Source: a virus
Lineage: Duplodnaviria > Caudoviricetes
Reading direction: 5' to 3' (one strand)
IMG/VR virus record: IMGVR_UViG_3300037424_000485
Span: 32,001 to 96,000 of that record
Length of the DNA: 64,000 nt
Shown: positions 35,972 through 45,874 of the stretch, one piece after another
Numbering within the stretch: position 1 is the first letter of the stretch
Layout: the number at the start of each line of letters is the position of its first letter
Made by a program: the position numbers and the translations under genes
Notes under the pieces: generated by a model
Told to the model about the DNA's origin: nothing
Database searches by the model: none
What the model saw: only the letters and a program-made list of their open reading frames with translations

Positions 35972-36481
35972 ATGTATTTAGAACTAAGTGCAAGACAAAC
36001 AGGCAAGACCACAAGACTCATAGAACATGTTATAGAACGGCTTCAAAATGATGCACGTAAATATGTTGCTATCATAGGTATGGGCTATAGTCACACTGAT
36101 GCTATAAAGAAAAGATTCTCTCATGCCCTTCCATGGCATGAGTTTAAACATATTAGATTCTCTTCATCATATATGGGTCTGGTGCCAGAGTTATATGATA
36201 CTGTTTATTTTGATGAATTTTGTTCTCATATAAGTATTCCTATCATACCTAATGGTTATTACTCATCAACCCCCACTAGTTTAGATAATTCATTTCTTAG
36301 AGAGTTGATAAATTACAACAACGGTCATTATGAGACATACAAAAATCATAAGATCGAAGAAGATTGGATTAATAATATTGGGGATGTAAATATGGATATT
36401 GGATTTACTCTAAAAACATTCTATGATAATTTTCCCCCACCTAACAGAAGCGTAGTACCAGAAGAATTATTCCAAATGTAA
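35972..36481 (+). CDS. Small P-loop NTPase-like protein with C-terminal VPEELFQM tag
   Basis: SARQTGKTT Walker A, VYFDEF Walker B-like. Confidence 0.7.
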   Translation: MYLELSARQTGKTTRLIEHVIERLQNDARKYVAIIGMGYSHTDAIKKRFSHALPWHEFKHIRFSSSYMGLVPELYDTVYFDEFCSHISIPIIPNGYYSSTPTSLDNSFLRELINYNNGHYETYKNHKIEEDWINNIGDVNMDIGFTLKTFYDNFPPPNRSVVPEELFQM

Positions 36482-36490
36482 AGGAGAAGC

Positions 36491-37432
36491 ATGGATTCTG
36501 TATTAATTGTATGTAATGGTGCAAAACACTATGGCTTATCATCCACCATCGATCATGAAAATAGCCTTTTTGCCGATGGCGAGGTTAATGTTCGTATAAA
36601 AGACTCAGTAAGAAATAAAAAAATTACCATACTACAGGGGTTTGAGTTACCTAACACCCACTTGATGGAACTTATCATAACAATAGATGCTGCTAAAAGA
36701 AGTGGTGCTCAAGAAGTAAATGTCATAATACCCATGTTCCCTTATGCAAGACAGGATCGAGTATCGAATAGTGGATGTCCTATATCAGGCCGTGTAGTAT
36801 GTGATATGCTCAATGCTGTCAATCCTGATAGGGTTGTATGCTTTGACCTTCATGCAGATCAGATACAGGGATTTATGGGTAATAAATGTCAATTTGACCA
36901 TATACCACTCACATCATTCTTATCATACCATCTAAAACGACACATACCAAATATAGAAACTTTCTCATTTTGTGCTCCTGATGCGGGTGCGATAAAAAGG
37001 ACATCAAAGCTGAAAGATATGTGTGGGGCCGTTGATATGTGTTTTATGAATAAAATTAGAACAAGAGCAAATGTTGTTGATTCCATACAGATCATTGGTG
37101 ATGTTGAGGGTAAGAATATAATACTTGTTGATGACATAATAGATACTGGAAATACAATTTTATCAGCAATAAAAGTGTTGAGAGATAATGGTGCTAATAA
37201 TGTAAAGACTGTGTTCAGTCATGGTATATTCTCATCACCTGCATATTCTAATCTAAATGGTGAGGATATATATGTTACAGATACAATGTGTATTAAAGAT
37301 AAAGACAAAAATGAACAATTCAAACCAAAAAATCTAAATATACTACCTATAAAGAATTTTCTATTAGAACTTATATCATGTATTAATGAAAAAAAACAAC
37401 TAGGAACTTTATTTAAAAATTGGTCAGAATAA
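36491..37432 (+). CDS. prs: Ribose-phosphate pyrophosphokinase (PRPP synthetase) homologue
   Basis: FADGEV, PYARQDR, DLHADQIQGF, APDAGA and LVDDIIDTGNT motifs. Confidence 0.9.
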   Translation: MDSVLIVCNGAKHYGLSSTIDHENSLFADGEVNVRIKDSVRNKKITILQGFELPNTHLMELIITIDAAKRSGAQEVNVIIPMFPYARQDRVSNSGCPISGRVVCDMLNAVNPDRVVCFDLHADQIQGFMGNKCQFDHIPLTSFLSYHLKRHIPNIETFSFCAPDAGAIKRTSKLKDMCGAVDMCFMNKIRTRANVVDSIQIIGDVEGKNIILVDDIIDTGNTILSAIKVLRDNGANNVKTVFSHGIFSSPAYSNLNGEDIYVTDTMCIKDKDKNEQFKPKNLNILPIKNFLLELISCINEKKQLGTLFKNWSE

Positions 37433-37444
37433 TGAAAAATTTCT

Positions 37445-37560
37445 TATAAATAAGTATAGAGAGACTATAAGGTTGCTCCTTTAGATGATTGTTAATCATA
37501 CTAGGATAAGAACCTTTAATCTTATCCTATCTCTTTCAAATACCTATCAAGAGGTATATA
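37445..37560 (+). promoter_or_regulatory. Late promoter plus multi-hairpin leader with RBS-sequestering stem
   Basis: TATAAATA 37445. Hairpin 37502-37529. TACCT (37541-37545) pairs with AGGTA covering the GAGGT RBS. Confidence 0.65.
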
Positions 37561-38666
37561 ATGACGGTAATAACAACAGAAGAATTTATTAAAAGATCCA
37601 AAGAAGTGCATGGCGATAGATATGATTATAGTGTATCTACATATAATGGGTTTAGAAAACATGTGAATATTGTATGTTCTATACATGGTATATTTAAACA
37701 AACCCCTGTTAAACATTACAGTGGTAATGGTTGTCATAAATGTGGACAAATCTCTTCTAATAAAAAAACACCAAAACAACAGAAGATTTCATAAAACAAG
37801 CATCCGTTAAACACAATAATAAATATAACTACATGTTGGTCGATTATATTAAATCATACAATAATATAAAAATAATATGCCCTGTTCATGGTATATTTGA
37901 ACAAACACCTAGAAGACATCTTAACGGTGGGTGCTTGAAATGTGGTATAGATATAAGAACAAAAACAACGGATATATTTATAAAAGAATCTATTATTATA
38001 CATGGTGATAGGTATGATTACTCATTAGTTGAATATATAACAGCTCATATTAAAGTTAAAATTATATGTTTGGTTCATGGTGTATTTGAACAGACACCCA
38101 AACTACATCTTAGATCGTCTGGGTGTCCTATGTGTTTGGGTATATTTATTGAAAGATATAATATTAACAATATACCTATATATCAAACCTATGTTCAACA
38201 ATTAGAATTATATGAAGATATTAGAAGATCATCTTATGATAAAAATATCCTTGAGATAAGATGCACTTATTGCAACAAATGGTATATCCCAAAATTAAGT
38301 CATGTCCAGACACGATTAAAAGCTATATATGGAAAAATAAAAGGAGAAAGCAGATTTTATTGTTCCGATGGATGTAAATCTAACTGTGATTTGTATGCAC
38401 AGAGTAAATATCCCAAAGGACATAAAATAAATAAACACTCAAGAGAAGTACAGCCACAACTAAGAAAATTAGTATTAGAAAGAGATAATTGGACATGCCA
38501 AAAATGTAGCAGTGATAAAGATTTACACTGTCATCACTACGAAGGCATAGAAATAAATCCTGTTGAGAGTGCTGATATAGACAATTGTATTACTCTTTGT
38601 AAAAAATGTCACAATGCTGTTCATAAACAAGATGATTGTAACATGAGAAGGAATAAATGTAAATAA
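37561..38666 (+). pseudogene. HNH homing endonuclease, family copy 6, split by a frameshift in an A7 run
   Basis: ORFs 37561-37794 and 37833-38666 join into continuous DUF723-like repeats if one A is added near 37761-37767. Confidence 0.75.
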
Positions 38667-38828
38667 TGACAACAATACAAAACAAAAAGTATAGTTGTGC
38701 TTCCACTGACGAATTTTATTAGTGATATTATATTATGTATAGATAACCAGAGACAATTTGGTAAAATGTTCAAGAATTGGTCTGAGTAGAGGTTTACATA
38801 TCTACTACATACATGTATAGTGTAACAT

Positions 38829-39716
38829 ATGAAAACAACAATATATATAGATGCAAACAACCTAGCAATCAGATGTGCCTTTAGTCAGGATGTATATCAA
38901 GTTGGTTTAAATGATGATTATTATATAGATTGGGAGCATTGGAGCTATCTGGTATTCTCTAATATCTATAAAGCTCTCAATCATGTTACCAATTGTAATG
39001 AGATAATCTTGGCTGTAGATGCAAAGGTGTCATGGCGTAAAGATGTATGGTCTAGATATAAAGAGTCAAGGTCTAACAAAAGAGCCACAGGAAAACCTTT
39101 TGATTGGCCCTTATTCTTCGAAAAATATGCAGAACTACAAGAAGAATTTAAAAAACACTTTCCATTTAAAATATTAGCTATAGATAAGTGTGAAGCTGAT
39201 GATATTATTGGAGTTCTTGTTTTAAACAACCCCGAAAAATCACAAATTATATCTTCAGATAAAGATTTCATACAATTATATATTCCAGATAGGGTAAGTA
39301 TATACAGTCCTATGACAAGGACGAATCTGTTACATCCAAATACAGAAATGTTTCTTGTAGAGCAGAGTCTTATAGGACAGAGCAAAGATGACATATTCAA
39401 TATAATCACACCATTAGACCATCCTATAGGTAAAAGAAAACCAGGATATGGGGAAAAAGCTTTAGATAAAACCATAGCTTATGGATGGAAGAGATGGCTG
39501 AAGGATAAAAAACTAGAAGAGAGGTATGAATTTAACCGCAATCTTATGGATTTCAGGCGTATTCCAGAGCCTATTAAAGAAAATATTATCACGGCGCGTG
39601 AGAAATACGAAACACCGCATCCAGAAAATATTTACAAATTTTTTAAAGAGCATCATTGGCCTGAGTATCTTGAAAATTTAACAAATGTTGAAAATAGATT
39701 ATATGAGCTGTATTGA
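38829..39716 (+). CDS. rnh: RNase H / 5'-3' exonuclease (T4 Rnh-like)
   Basis: IDANN, WRKD...YK.SR, EADDIIG, ISSDKDFIQL and GQSKDDIFN motifs. Confidence 0.88.
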   Translation: MKTTIYIDANNLAIRCAFSQDVYQVGLNDDYYIDWEHWSYLVFSNIYKALNHVTNCNEIILAVDAKVSWRKDVWSRYKESRSNKRATGKPFDWPLFFEKYAELQEEFKKHFPFKILAIDKCEADDIIGVLVLNNPEKSQIISSDKDFIQLYIPDRVSIYSPMTRTNLLHPNTEMFLVEQSLIGQSKDDIFNIITPLDHPIGKRKPGYGEKALDKTIAYGWKRWLKDKKLEERYEFNRNLMDFRRIPEPIKENIITAREKYETPHPENIYKFFKEHHWPEYLENLTNVENRLYELY

Positions 39717-40612
39717 TGAAAATAACCTGGGATAATATAGATAAATTTTATATTACACCATCTGGAAATTTTAGATATAATAATGTAACATACGAATTAA
39801 AGAATGAGTGTGAATATTGTGGCGATCCATATTTTACAGCAAAAAGATTAGGTAATAATAAATGCTGTTCTAGATCTTGTATATCAAAAATAAATAGCAT
39901 GGGTGAAAAAAATACATTTTATGGTAAAACACATTCAAAAGAATCTTTAGAAAAAATGTCAGGTATTAATCATCACATGTATGGGAAGAAACACACAGAA
40001 GAAACACTAGAAAAGATATCAAAGAGTAGTATAGAATGGCATAGCAATAATAAACACCCTATGCTTGGAAGATATGGTTTAAAAAATCCTAATTGGAAGA
40101 ACGGATATCATAGTAATAATATACCATCGTATAATGTATATTCACATCAGTTAGAGCCATTTGAGAAAACAAGAAGATGTGCTGATGATGAAAATATATT
40201 AGAGGTAAGATGTACATATTGTAATAAATGGTATATTCCTAATAGAGTAAGTGTTAGTAATAGGATACTATCTATCACAGGATATCATACCGGGGAGAAT
40301 AGATTTTATTGTTCTGATGAATGTAAAGGAAGTTGTGATATTTTTAGACAAAGAATAAATCCAAAAGGATATAAGACTAATAATTATAAAAGAGAAGTAC
40401 AGGCACAACTAAGAAAATTAGTTTTAGAAAGAGACAACTGGACATGTCAGAAGTGTAATAATATAGAAAATTTACACTGTCATCACTTTGAGGGTATCGA
40501 AATAAACCCAATTGAAAGTGCTGATATAGACAATTGTATTACATTATGTAAAAAGTGTCATAAAGAAGTACATAAACAAGATGGCTGTAATATGAAAAAG
40601 AAAAGATGTTAA
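39713..40612 (+). CDS. HNH homing endonuclease, family copy 7 (NUMOD3)
   Basis: MKITWDNID, FYGKTHSKES and YGKKHTEET motifs plus the shared HNH module. Confidence 0.85.
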   Translation: MMKITWDNIDKFYITPSGNFRYNNVTYELKNECEYCGDPYFTAKRLGNNKCCSRSCISKINSMGEKNTFYGKTHSKESLEKMSGINHHMYGKKHTEETLEKISKSSIEWHSNNKHPMLGRYGLKNPNWKNGYHSNNIPSYNVYSHQLEPFEKTRRCADDENILEVRCTYCNKWYIPNRVSVSNRILSITGYHTGENRFYCSDECKGSCDIFRQRINPKGYKTNNYKREVQAQLRKLVLERDNWTCQKCNNIENLHCHHFEGIEINPIESADIDNCITLCKKCHKEVHKQDGCNMKKKRC

Positions 40613-40626
40613 ATAGGAGATAATAA

Positions 40627-41415
40627 GTGAGTGATGAAAATGTAGAGATATTAGTGATTGCAGATCCACATGATCAACCGGGAACAGATCAGTCAAGGTT
40701 TGAGATAGCCGGAAGATTCGCATTAGAGAGACAACCAGAATATATTGTATGTTTGGGTGATTTTGCAGAGATGGGAAGTTTGAGTAAGTATGATGTTGGT
40801 AGAGTATCAGCAGAGGGTAAAAGATACTGTGATGACATTGCATCAGCTCATAAAGCATTGGCATTATTTAATAAACCAATTGAAAAATATAATAATACAC
40901 ATATTCAATGGAAGAAAAAAACTTACAAACCAAAGATGATTATGTGTGCTGGCAATCATGATTATGCAAGAATAATCAGAGCAGCAGCGGCATCACCTTC
41001 TCTATACGGAACTTTAAAGGTAGAAGACCTAAAATATGCTGAATATGGGTGGGATGTTAAGAAATTTCTAGAACCTGCTATCGTAGAAGGTATCGCATTC
41101 TCACACTACTTTACTTCTGGTGTTATGGGACTGCCAATAGGCGGTGTAAACCATGCCAGATCTCTTTTAATCAAGAAATTCTCATCATGTGTAGTTGGTC
41201 ATTCACATCTACGTGGATTTGCTGAAGAATATACAGTAGATGGTCGTAAGATTATGGGTCTTGTAGCTGGATGTTATTTTGACTATGAGATGGAATGGAC
41301 AACAGAAAATGATAGATATTGGCGTGGGTTGGTATACCTCCATGATGTACAAAATGGCATGTCAGAACCTGAGTTTCTTAACCTAGATACATACCTTAAA
41401 CCAAAATTTGGGTGA
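40627..41415 (+). CDS. Calcineurin-like metallophosphoesterase
   Basis: IADPH, LGDF, GNHD, FSHY and GHSH motifs. Confidence 0.85.
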   Translation: MSDENVEILVIADPHDQPGTDQSRFEIAGRFALERQPEYIVCLGDFAEMGSLSKYDVGRVSAEGKRYCDDIASAHKALALFNKPIEKYNNTHIQWKKKTYKPKMIMCAGNHDYARIIRAAAASPSLYGTLKVEDLKYAEYGWDVKKFLEPAIVEGIAFSHYFTSGVMGLPIGGVNHARSLLIKKFSSCVVGHSHLRGFAEEYTVDGRKIMGLVAGCYFDYEMEWTTENDRYWRGLVYLHDVQNGMSEPEFLNLDTYLKPKFG

Positions 41416-41418
41416 TAA

Positions 41419-41853
41419 ATGAAAATAAGAATTAAATATCATAATAAAGATCTTACCCGTATTCAAGATATAAATATCGGTGATTGGCACGATCTAAGAG
41501 TAGCAGAAGATGTTATAATGACCAAGGGTGAATTTGTTATAGTGAGCCTTGGTGTGTCTATGGAACTGCCATCTGGTTATGAGGCCCATGTTGTTCCTCG
41601 TAGCAGCTTGTTTAAGAAATATGGTGTGATCCAGGCTAACCATATGGGTGTGATAGATCAATCATATATGGGTGATGATGATATATGGATGTTCCCTGCT
41701 ATTGCAATGAGGGATGTGTTCATACCATTTAATGAGCGTATTTGTCAGTTTAGATTAGTAGAAAAACAGCCAGTTCTAGAATTTGAAGAAGTTGAGACAT
41801 TAGGCAATACTAATCGTGGCGGCCTTGGTGAGGGAACTAGGCATATAAAATGA
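41419..41853 (+). CDS. dut: dUTP diphosphatase (trimeric dUTPase)
   Basis: DLR, PRSS, GVIDQSY.G, RICQF and RGGLG motifs. Confidence 0.9.
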   Translation: MKIRIKYHNKDLTRIQDINIGDWHDLRVAEDVIMTKGEFVIVSLGVSMELPSGYEAHVVPRSSLFKKYGVIQANHMGVIDQSYMGDDDIWMFPAIAMRDVFIPFNERICQFRLVEKQPVLEFEEVETLGNTNRGGLGEGTRHIK

Positions 41854-42000
41854 TTACATTGAAAGATAGATTGGGTAGTAATATGTGGGGGTAGATATGA
41901 GGTTGTAGCTCATGTAGTGGATAATCATAGAAATATGGTGATGTTCCGTTGTACAAAAAATAAAGACAGATCATATCAACTAAGATATGGACAAATATAA
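41850..42000 (+). pseudogene. Frameshifted small ORF between dut and nrdJ
   Basis: ATGA-coupled start. 151 nt (3n+1). MITLK joins IDWVVICGGRY...GQI* by removing one A. Confidence 0.4.
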
Positions 42001-42011
42001 GGATATTAAAA

Positions 42012-44411
42012 TTGATAGAGACAGCGATAAGTAAAAATATTTGGAATTTGAAATACCGATATAACGGAGAGGAAGAGATAGATTTTTATAATAGACCAGT
42101 AAGAGGGCTATTTGACGGTCTTACTACCAAAGAAGAAATACAACCTTATTTTAGTATTTTAGATATGAATACTAGAGAAGATATGTATAGTGATTTAAGC
42201 AACGTATTTATAGGACATTATGGTATGCTGGCTGGTAGACCTATGTATTCTTTAGGTACAGGAAGAACAAAACAAACTTTATCAAATTGCTTTGTTTTAA
42301 ATTTTAAAAGTGATTCTATGGAAGCTATCATGGACACTGCTAAAAATTCGGCTATGACCATGAAAGCTGGCGGTGGTGTTGGATATAGTTTTAGCATTTT
42401 AAGACCTAAAAAATATATTATTAACTCTAGCGGTGCTAGATCAACTGGTGTACTATCATTTATGAATATATTCAACACCACCTGTGCTACAATTGAGGCT
42501 GGTGGTAATCGTAGGGGTGCTCAAATAGCCGTTCTGGGTGTGTGGCATCCAGATGTCATGGAGTTTATCACATGTAAGCGTAAAGGTGATGGTCTACCAG
42601 ATGAGTATAAACCCTATAAGAATTTCAATTTAAGCGTTTATATTTCTGATTTATTTATGAATGCTGTTAGAGATGACACCATGTGGGATTTGAAATTTCC
42701 AGACACCACACATCCAAAGTATGATGATGAGTGGGATGGGAATATTAACTTATGGGAAGATAAAGGATATACTGTAATTGTTCATGATACTATAAAGGCT
42801 AGAGATTTATGGGATAAAATCATGAAGTCTAGTTATGATTTCGCGGAGCCTGGAATTCTATTTGAAGATACTATCAATAAAAACAATACATTGTGGATGG
42901 AAGAATATATACTCGCATGTAATCCATGTTCAGAACAGGCCCTACCAGCAGATGGTTCATGTAATTTAGGATCTCTTAACCTTACACAATATGTACAAAA
43001 TATATTTACTAACAACGCTCATATTGATTTTGATTTATTAAAGCATATCACTACAAAAATGATTATAATGCTTGATAGGATGCTTGATGTTAATTATTAT
43101 CCATTAGAAAGACAAGCAATTAGTGCTGCATCAAAAAGACAGATAGGATTGGGTGTTACTGGTCTTGGAGATATGCTTGCAATGATGACTATAAAATATT
43201 CATCACCAGCGGGTAGAGAACTAGTTGCTGATATTATGGTTGCAATTAGAGATGCAGCATATAGAGCTAGTATAGAACTAGCAAGGCAATTAGGGCCTTT
43301 TCCATTATGGGACACATTCACACCAGAAAAAAAGAAACAATTTATAGAGGGTGGTTTTATAAAGACTCTTCCAGAAGATATAAAACAAGATATTCTTAAA
43401 TATGGAATACGCAACAGCCGACTTCTATCAATCGCCCCTACTGGAACTATATCTCTCATTATGAATAATGTTTCGAGCGGTATAGAGCCTATCTTTTTGT
43501 TAGAGTATGATAGAAAAGTAAAAACCACCAGTGAAGAAACAATCTCAGAGTCTATTGAGACATATTCATGGTTAAAATATAAGCAGTTTACAGAGCTTAA
43601 CAATCCAGAAAAACCGGACTTCTTTGAAACAACAGATGATTTAAATGTAGATGATCATTTGAATATGCTTGCTGTTATTCAGAGGCATATATGTACATCA
43701 GCATCAAAAACCATTAATATTCCAGTAGATTATGAGTATGATAGATATAAAGAAGTATTTACAAAAGCACATTCTCTTGGTATAAAGGGATGTACAGCAT
43801 ATAGACCCAATGATATTATCGGATCTGTACTGTCAAAAAAAGGTGGAAATGGGCCGTGCTCAGAAAGGCCAGAAGAAATTGCATTTATGTGTGCTCCAAA
43901 AAGACCATTAGATCTTGATTGTGAGATACACCACTGCAATATCAAAGGAAAGCCTTGGTTGGTTATAGTAGGTATGTATAAAGAAATACCATATGAAATC
44001 TTTGCTGGTGAAGCAGATGATTTATATATTCCAAAAACGTGTAAAGAAGGGGTTATCTCTAAGAGGAAAAAGGGGTCATATTCCCTTAGTGTAAAAATTA
44101 GAAATAGTGAAATTGAGTATAAAGACATTGCCCATACATTGATGACCACTGAGCAGAGGGCTATGACTAGACTGGTTAGCCTATCTCTAAGACATGGTGT
44201 TCCTCATGAGTTTGTTGTTAAGCAGCTTAGTAAGTCTAGCGGTGATATCACAGACTTCTGTGCAGTTATTACCAGAGTCCTGAAGAGCTATATTAAGCAA
44301 TACAAATATGATAAAGATGTAAAATGTCCTGAGTGTGAGGATGGTATGCTAATTAGAAAAGAAGGATGTATGTCTTGTGATAAACAGTGTGGTTACTCGA
44401 AATGCGGTTAG
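42012..44411 (+). CDS. nrdJ: Class II (adenosylcobalamin-dependent) ribonucleotide reductase with C-terminal TSCPD/zinc ribbon
   Basis: SNCF, GGGVG, RRGAQ, NPCSEQ, CNLGS, IAPTGTIS, SSGIEP and SASKTIN motifs. C-terminal CPEC...EGC..C..CGYSKC. Confidence 0.92.
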   Translation: MIETAISKNIWNLKYRYNGEEEIDFYNRPVRGLFDGLTTKEEIQPYFSILDMNTREDMYSDLSNVFIGHYGMLAGRPMYSLGTGRTKQTLSNCFVLNFKSDSMEAIMDTAKNSAMTMKAGGGVGYSFSILRPKKYIINSSGARSTGVLSFMNIFNTTCATIEAGGNRRGAQIAVLGVWHPDVMEFITCKRKGDGLPDEYKPYKNFNLSVYISDLFMNAVRDDTMWDLKFPDTTHPKYDDEWDGNINLWEDKGYTVIVHDTIKARDLWDKIMKSSYDFAEPGILFEDTINKNNTLWMEEYILACNPCSEQALPADGSCNLGSLNLTQYVQNIFTNNAHIDFDLLKHITTKMIIMLDRMLDVNYYPLERQAISAASKRQIGLGVTGLGDMLAMMTIKYSSPAGRELVADIMVAIRDAAYRASIELARQLGPFPLWDTFTPEKKKQFIEGGFIKTLPEDIKQDILKYGIRNSRLLSIAPTGTISLIMNNVSSGIEPIFLLEYDRKVKTTSEETISESIETYSWLKYKQFTELNNPEKPDFFETTDDLNVDDHLNMLAVIQRHICTSASKTINIPVDYEYDRYKEVFTKAHSLGIKGCTAYRPNDIIGSVLSKKGGNGPCSERPEEIAFMCAPKRPLDLDCEIHHCNIKGKPWLVIVGMYKEIPYEIFAGEADDLYIPKTCKEGVISKRKKGSYSLSVKIRNSEIEYKDIAHTLMTTEQRAMTRLVSLSLRHGVPHEFVVKQLSKSSGDITDFCAVITRVLKSYIKQYKYDKDVKCPECEDGMLIRKEGCMSCDKQCGYSKCG

Positions 44412-44435
44412 GATTTTAATCTAAGATAATATATT

Positions 44436-44468
44436 AAAGGTCAGGTTATAAATTTCTTGACCTTTTTT
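44436..44468 (+). terminator. Intrinsic terminator after nrdJ
   Basis: aaaggtcagg / cttgacctttt stem plus a T-tract. Confidence 0.7.
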
Positions 44469-44617
44469 ATTTTTATGGTATAATATCCTAATTGAGTTAG
44501 AATAAATTTTAATTATGATATTATGGGATTTTTGCATCAGGAGTAATTAATAGTAAGAAGATGTCTTAACGGATAATTATTTGTTTTGGGTCTTTTATAT
44601 ATGGAGAAATTATAATC

Positions 44618-44791
44618 ATGAAACGTATGATTATGACAGCACATGGTGTGAAGAGATTTGAAATTACCAATTTACTTCATATACCAAGGAAAGGGGAGAT
44701 TGTATACTATAGTGATAGCAAATTCATTGTTATTGATGTAGTGTATGATTATGATGAAAGTACAATTTATATTTACTGTAGGTTATTATGA
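44618..44791 (+). CDS. Small hypothetical protein (not in ORF track)
   Basis: GGAG RBS. MKRMIMTAHG...IPRKGEIVYY. ATGA-coupled. Confidence 0.6.
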   Translation: MKRMIMTAHGVKRFEITNLLHIPRKGEIVYYSDSKFIVIDVVYDYDESTIYIYCRLL

Positions 44792-45171
44792 TTGCTCTGA
44801 TAGTTTATAATGTAATAATGAGTATCATTTCTATTGTGGCTCTTTATTTCAACTTTTTTCCAGTTTTTATAGTATATGCCACGTATTCTATTGTAGTTGG
44901 TATTAGTGGATTTATTGTGGTATTGAGTGGAAATTTTGATGCATTCGCTAAAAGGACAGCCGATGTAGTATATAATAATGGCAAGATGACAGATTTTCTT
45001 GATAACTTTTTTTGGGCCATAACAGTATTTCTTCCTCTTGTTACGCAGCATTATTTTATATTTGTAAGTTGGTTAATACTGTTTTTGTTACAAGCCAGCC
45101 AGAAGGATAAAATAAATAAATATGTAGAAAATTTAAAATCAAAAGGCATTCAGCCTAATGATAATCTATAA
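44788..45171 (+). CDS. Predicted membrane protein
   Basis: Several hydrophobic segments. Confidence 0.7.
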   Translation: MIALIVYNVIMSIISIVALYFNFFPVFIVYATYSIVVGISGFIVVLSGNFDAFAKRTADVVYNNGKMTDFLDNFFWAITVFLPLVTQHYFIFVSWLILFLLQASQKDKINKYVENLKSKGIQPNDNL

Positions 45172-45188
45172 TTATGTTATAGATAGTA

Positions 45189-45196
45189 TATAAATA
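45189..45196 (+). promoter_or_regulatory. T4-type late promoter
   Basis: TATAAATA ending 11 nt before the ATG at 45207. Confidence 0.55.
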
Positions 45197-45206
45197 TGGT
45201 TGATCT

Positions 45207-45479
45207 ATGGGTAATTATATGTCTGGCAGTGATATAGCCAGAGAGTTAGGTATTACAAGACAAGGGGTTTCTCAGACGCTAAAATCAGGTATGAGAAAAT
45301 TGTATAAGGAGATTATACGAACAAAAATTGCAGAATCCCCATTTGATGCAATATGCGCTATGATGTGTTGTTTTGGACTTCATAGAGCACAACATGATGA
45401 TATAGTTGATTTTCTATATCTATTACCAAATGATGTAAGAAGGGAGCTACAAAATGATACAAAATACAGAAAACTCTAA
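45207..45479 (+). CDS. Helix-turn-helix DNA-binding protein
   Basis: SGSDIARELGITRQGVSQTLKSG. Confidence 0.8.
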   Translation: MGNYMSGSDIARELGITRQGVSQTLKSGMRKLYKEIIRTKIAESPFDAICAMMCCFGLHRAQHDDIVDFLYLLPNDVRRELQNDTKYRKL

Positions 45480-45630
45480 TCCTACGTGCTACTCATGCAC
45501 TGCATTTGTGATTGACGGTGACAAAGCATATTGTGATGATGATAATTTTGATAACGAGTATGTTCAAAAAGCTAAGACTTTCGAGCCCGCTATGTTTGAG
45601 TGTGTCGGATATGAACGATGTCCAGATTAA
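45454..45630 (+). CDS. Small Cys-containing protein (not in ORF track)
   Basis: AGGGAG RBS. 58 aa with CYSC. Confidence 0.55.
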   Translation: MIQNTENSNPTCYSCTAFVIDGDKAYCDDDNFDNEYVQKAKTFEPAMFECVGYERCPD

Positions 45631-45826
45631 TTATACATCAGCTGGCGAACCTCTAAAATGCTTTCATTGTAAAAGTCTCAATATACAATCTAAAAGTGTT
45701 GTTATTGAGTCAGGTTATATAAGTGAGAGAGAGTATTTTTGCGGGGATTGTAAATCATATCTGGCTTATTGGGCTTATGGTTATTTTGATCCAATGTATA
45801 GTATAGAAAGGACTGTAAGGATATAA
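45611..45826 (+). CDS. Zinc-ribbon protein
   Basis: PLKCFHC...EYFCGDC...AYWAYGY. Confidence 0.7.
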   Translation: MNDVQINYTSAGEPLKCFHCKSLNIQSKSVVIESGYISEREYFCGDCKSYLAYWAYGYFDPMYSIERTVRI

Positions 45827-45874
45827 TTAAATTTTAGTTAGCATTGAAACAGTATCATAATTGATGGGAGAATT

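Noticed and set aside
35972-36481. Calling this ORF the large terminase
   Set aside because: 169 aa is far too short and there is no nuclease domain.
2298-43730. Many antisense or overlapping ORFs in the track (e.g. 2726-3052, 38981-39475, 43097-43603)
   Set aside because: They lie opposite well-supported conserved genes and show no recognisable motifs.
14476-44411. Inteins or introns in ligase, gp46, uvsX or nrdJ
   Set aside because: Protein lengths and motif spacing are ordinary, with no C/S...HN intein ends or frame breaks; the endonucleases are free-standing.
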